A stretch of 5,973 nucleotides of DNA from the NCBI GenBank assembly GCA_008932965.1, contig WBXG01000077.1:1-5973 (forward strand), written 5' to 3'. A program made the translations under genes and the position numbers. Source of the stretch: Verrucomicrobiota bacterium (GTDB lineage: Bacteria > Verrucomicrobiota > Verrucomicrobiia > Chthoniobacterales > UBA6821). Positions 5,832 through 5,973 of this stretch are shown piece by piece. How positions within the stretch are numbered: position 1 is the first letter of the stretch; every line of letters starts with the position of its first letter. Under the pieces are notes generated by a model. It was not told the DNA's origin. It did not search any database and worked only from the letters and a program-made list of their open reading frames with translations.

Positions 5832-5973
5832 TTATTGAATTCCAATAGCTTGGAGTTTCTCCTGCACGTGGACAAAATGCCTTTCTGGAGAGCATATTTT
5901 TTCTAGTTCTTGGGCAGAAATATGAGCGATGATTTCGGGCTCCTCTTTTAAGGAGAGGGAAAAAGGAAGTTTC
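5832..5973 (-). CDS. 3' end (46 codons plus stop) of an unidentified gene upstream of glyQS
   Basis: Hand translation of the reverse complement from 5972 gives KLPFSLSLKEEPEIIAHISAQELEKICSPERHFVHVQEKLQAIGIQ*, with TAA at 5834..5832. The composition is protein-like and the frame is open to the window edge. It is not in the ORF track because it has no in-window start. I do not recognise the product. Confidence 0.5.
   Translation of the reverse strand, partial: KLPFSLSLKEEPEIIAHISAQELEKICSPERHFVHVQEKLQAIGIQ

Overview
AT-rich bacterial window (roughly 40% GC by eye) made mostly of housekeeping translation genes. On the minus strand are the 5' 294 codons of miaB (1..882, running off the window start), argS (2642..4372), glyQS (4374..5741, one nucleotide upstream of argS), and the 3' tail of an unidentified gene (5832..5973). 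miaB and that tail are missing from the ORF track because they are truncated by the window edges; I translated both by hand. Between miaB and argS, on the plus strand, sit two tandem diverged paralogs (225 and 227 aa, about 50% identical, gap-free by eye). Both have N-terminal hydrophobic signal sequences and I cannot assign either to a family. Two things look unusual. (1) miaB carries an in-frame, GC-rich insertion of about 267 bp in the linker between its N-terminal MTTase domain and the radical-SAM CxxxCxxC motif. The insertion holds two 65-bp direct repeats (64/65 identical) and an 18-bp perfect inverted repeat, an architecture reminiscent of palindromic elements that insert into coding sequence. 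(2) The secreted-protein pair is bracketed by an 18-nt motif conserved far better than the genes themselves. There is no tRNA, rRNA, CRISPR array, transposase or integrase in the window. None of the five visible start codons has a convincing Shine-Dalgarno sequence. I cannot assign a taxon from the sequence alone.
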